A stretch of DNA of 15,656 nt, from NCBI GenBank assembly GCA_034722955.1, contig JAYEOM010000014.1, forward strand, positions 8,806 to 24,461, read 5' to 3'. Under the pieces are notes generated by a model that was not told where the DNA came from, searched no databases, and worked only from the letters and a program-made list of their open reading frames with translations. A program made the position numbers and the translations under genes. Of the stretch, positions 14,692 through 15,656 are shown piece after piece (the stretch's first letter is position 1; every line of letters starts with the position of its first letter). Source of the DNA: Campylobacterota bacterium (lineage in GTDB: Bacteria; Campylobacterota; Campylobacteria; Campylobacterales; Sulfurovaceae).

Positions 14692-15654
14692 TCATCTTCT
14701 CAGATAGGTTGCACTAGACCAGCCCGTTATGCTTCCCCATTTTACGATGCACCACCTGCCGCCTTTGCTGCTGTATCTACACTCTCCCAACTCAATACCT
14801 GTAGCATTGTATGGAAGGTCTCCAGTTTTATAGTAGTTGATACCAGGACCACTGCGTACAGAGAGCGTATCATCACTTCGAATATTAACGACTCTATATC
14901 CACCACTTCTCGAAACAGTGTAAGTATTATCTTGAGGCTTGATGCACCTAGCAACCACCCAGCCTCTCAAAGGATAACCGTTAGTTCTATGTTCGATCTG
15001 ACACCACTTGACCTTTTTATGGTTTTTTCTACAATAGAGGATCTTAATGTTTCTGGCATTGTGCTGCAGCTCACCAACTTTATTGTTTTTTGCAACAAAG
15101 GGGTTTGTTCGTACATTTAGCGTATCCCAGCTTGCTACATTGACTACTCTGTATTTAGTATAGTTTTCGGACTCTCTTTTTAGCTTTTCCTGTTGTAGTC
15201 GTGCTGCTTCCCTCTCAATCTCTGCTTTGGCTTCTCTCTCTGCTTTGTCTCTTCTATCTTGTTCAAGCTTTGCGAACTCTTCAGCTTTTATCTTAGCTTG
15301 TCGCTCTTTTTCATCTCTCTCTATTTTCCTGAGACGCTCCAACTCTTTTTGTTCTTTCTCATCTATTTTTTGTCTCTCTTTGAGTCTCAAGTGTGCTAAT
15401 TCTGATCTATCTGCATCTACTCTTTGTCTATCTTTGAGTCTTAAGCGTACTAGCTCTGCTCTATCTGCATCTGTCATAGTTGGGGATATGGCTAGAGGAG
15501 CTGAGGGTCTACTACCCCTCTCTCTAAGTTGAAAATAAAAATCCCCTATCACCGAAGAGCTAGTCCACGGCATCTGTTTTTCATCACTCTCCAGATATAC
15601 AGAAGCTCGTGTCCTCTTAAAGACTTCATTGAGTGTGAGATCAGATTGATTGAT
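14692..15654 (-). CDS. 5'-truncated caspase-family (peptidase C14) protein with a charged coiled coil and two C-terminal SH3b domains
   Basis: The frame stays open to the window edge: INQSDLTLNEVFKRTRASVYLESDEKQMPWTSSSVIGDFYF is the typical end of a bacterial caspase-like domain. Two YRVVN....DTL.VR..P...WC.....GW repeats are SH3b-like. Confidence 0.85.
   Translation of the reverse strand: MNQSDLTLNEVFKRTRASVYLESDEKQMPWTSSSVIGDFYFQLRERGSRPSAPLAISPTMTDADRAELVRLRLKDRQRVDADRSELAHLRLKERQKIDEKEQKELERLRKIERDEKERQAKIKAEEFAKLEQDRRDKAEREAKAEIEREAARLQQEKLKRESENYTKYRVVNVASWDTLNVRTNPFVAKNNKVGELQHNARNIKILYCRKNHKKVKWCQIEHRTNGYPLRGWVVARCIKPQDNTYTVSRSGGYRVVNIRSDDTLSVRSGPGINYYKTGDLPYNATGIELGECRYSSKGGRWCIVKWGSITGWSSATYLRR
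15364..15471 (-). repeat. Two tandem imperfect 54 bp in-frame repeats
   Basis: 15364-15417 and 15418-15471 encode DADRSELAHLRLKERQKI and DADRAELVRLRLKDRQRV. Confidence 0.85.
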
Positions 15655-15656
15655 AT

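Noticed and set aside
14676..14692. Terminator between convergent yajQ and the caspase-like gene
   Set aside because: Only a weak short inverted repeat (AGG-TTGA-CCT) with no U-tract on either strand.
685..15532. Short antisense and alternate-frame ORFs in the track (for example 685-1056, 1311-1670, 8089-8526, 10955-11308, 15227-15532)
   Set aside because: They overlap well-supported genes and show no recognisable motifs; they are treated as shadow ORFs.
1..15656. CRISPR array, tRNA/rRNA, transposase, integrase or T6SS structural genes
   Set aside because: No repeat-spacer periodicity, cloverleaf or matching protein motifs were seen by eye.

Overview
Campylobacterota-type DNA (Sulfurovum-like by gene content and synteny; inference) in three parts. 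(1) Right half, 8582-14677: a housekeeping run on the + strand (rpmE, rsmI, rlmB, a RodZ-like membrane protein, a class I aminotransferase, hom, yajQ). It is met head-on by a partial minus-strand gene for a caspase-family (C14) protein with a coiled coil and two SH3b domains. (2) Middle, 4009-8246, minus strand: a five-gene cluster of exported proteins, namely a TagR-like FGE-sulfatase-fold protein, a TagQ-like glycine-zipper lipoprotein, a small coiled-coil lipoprotein, a Cys-rich Sel1-repeat protein and an S41A C-terminal protease. No T6SS, TagS/T or PpkA genes lie beside it. This is the best candidate for an undescribed system: an envelope-sensing module wired to proteolysis. (3) Left, 1-3996, + strand: a GC-richer, large modular gene (FecR, two lectin-like domains, beta-propeller, TPR) that appears split by a -1 frame change near an A8-G-A7 tract. 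The 8247-8581 intergenic region holds face-to-face extended -10 promoters inside a palindrome, and a structured leader of about 140 nt upstream of rpmE. All family calls come from motif recognition by eye; no searches were run.
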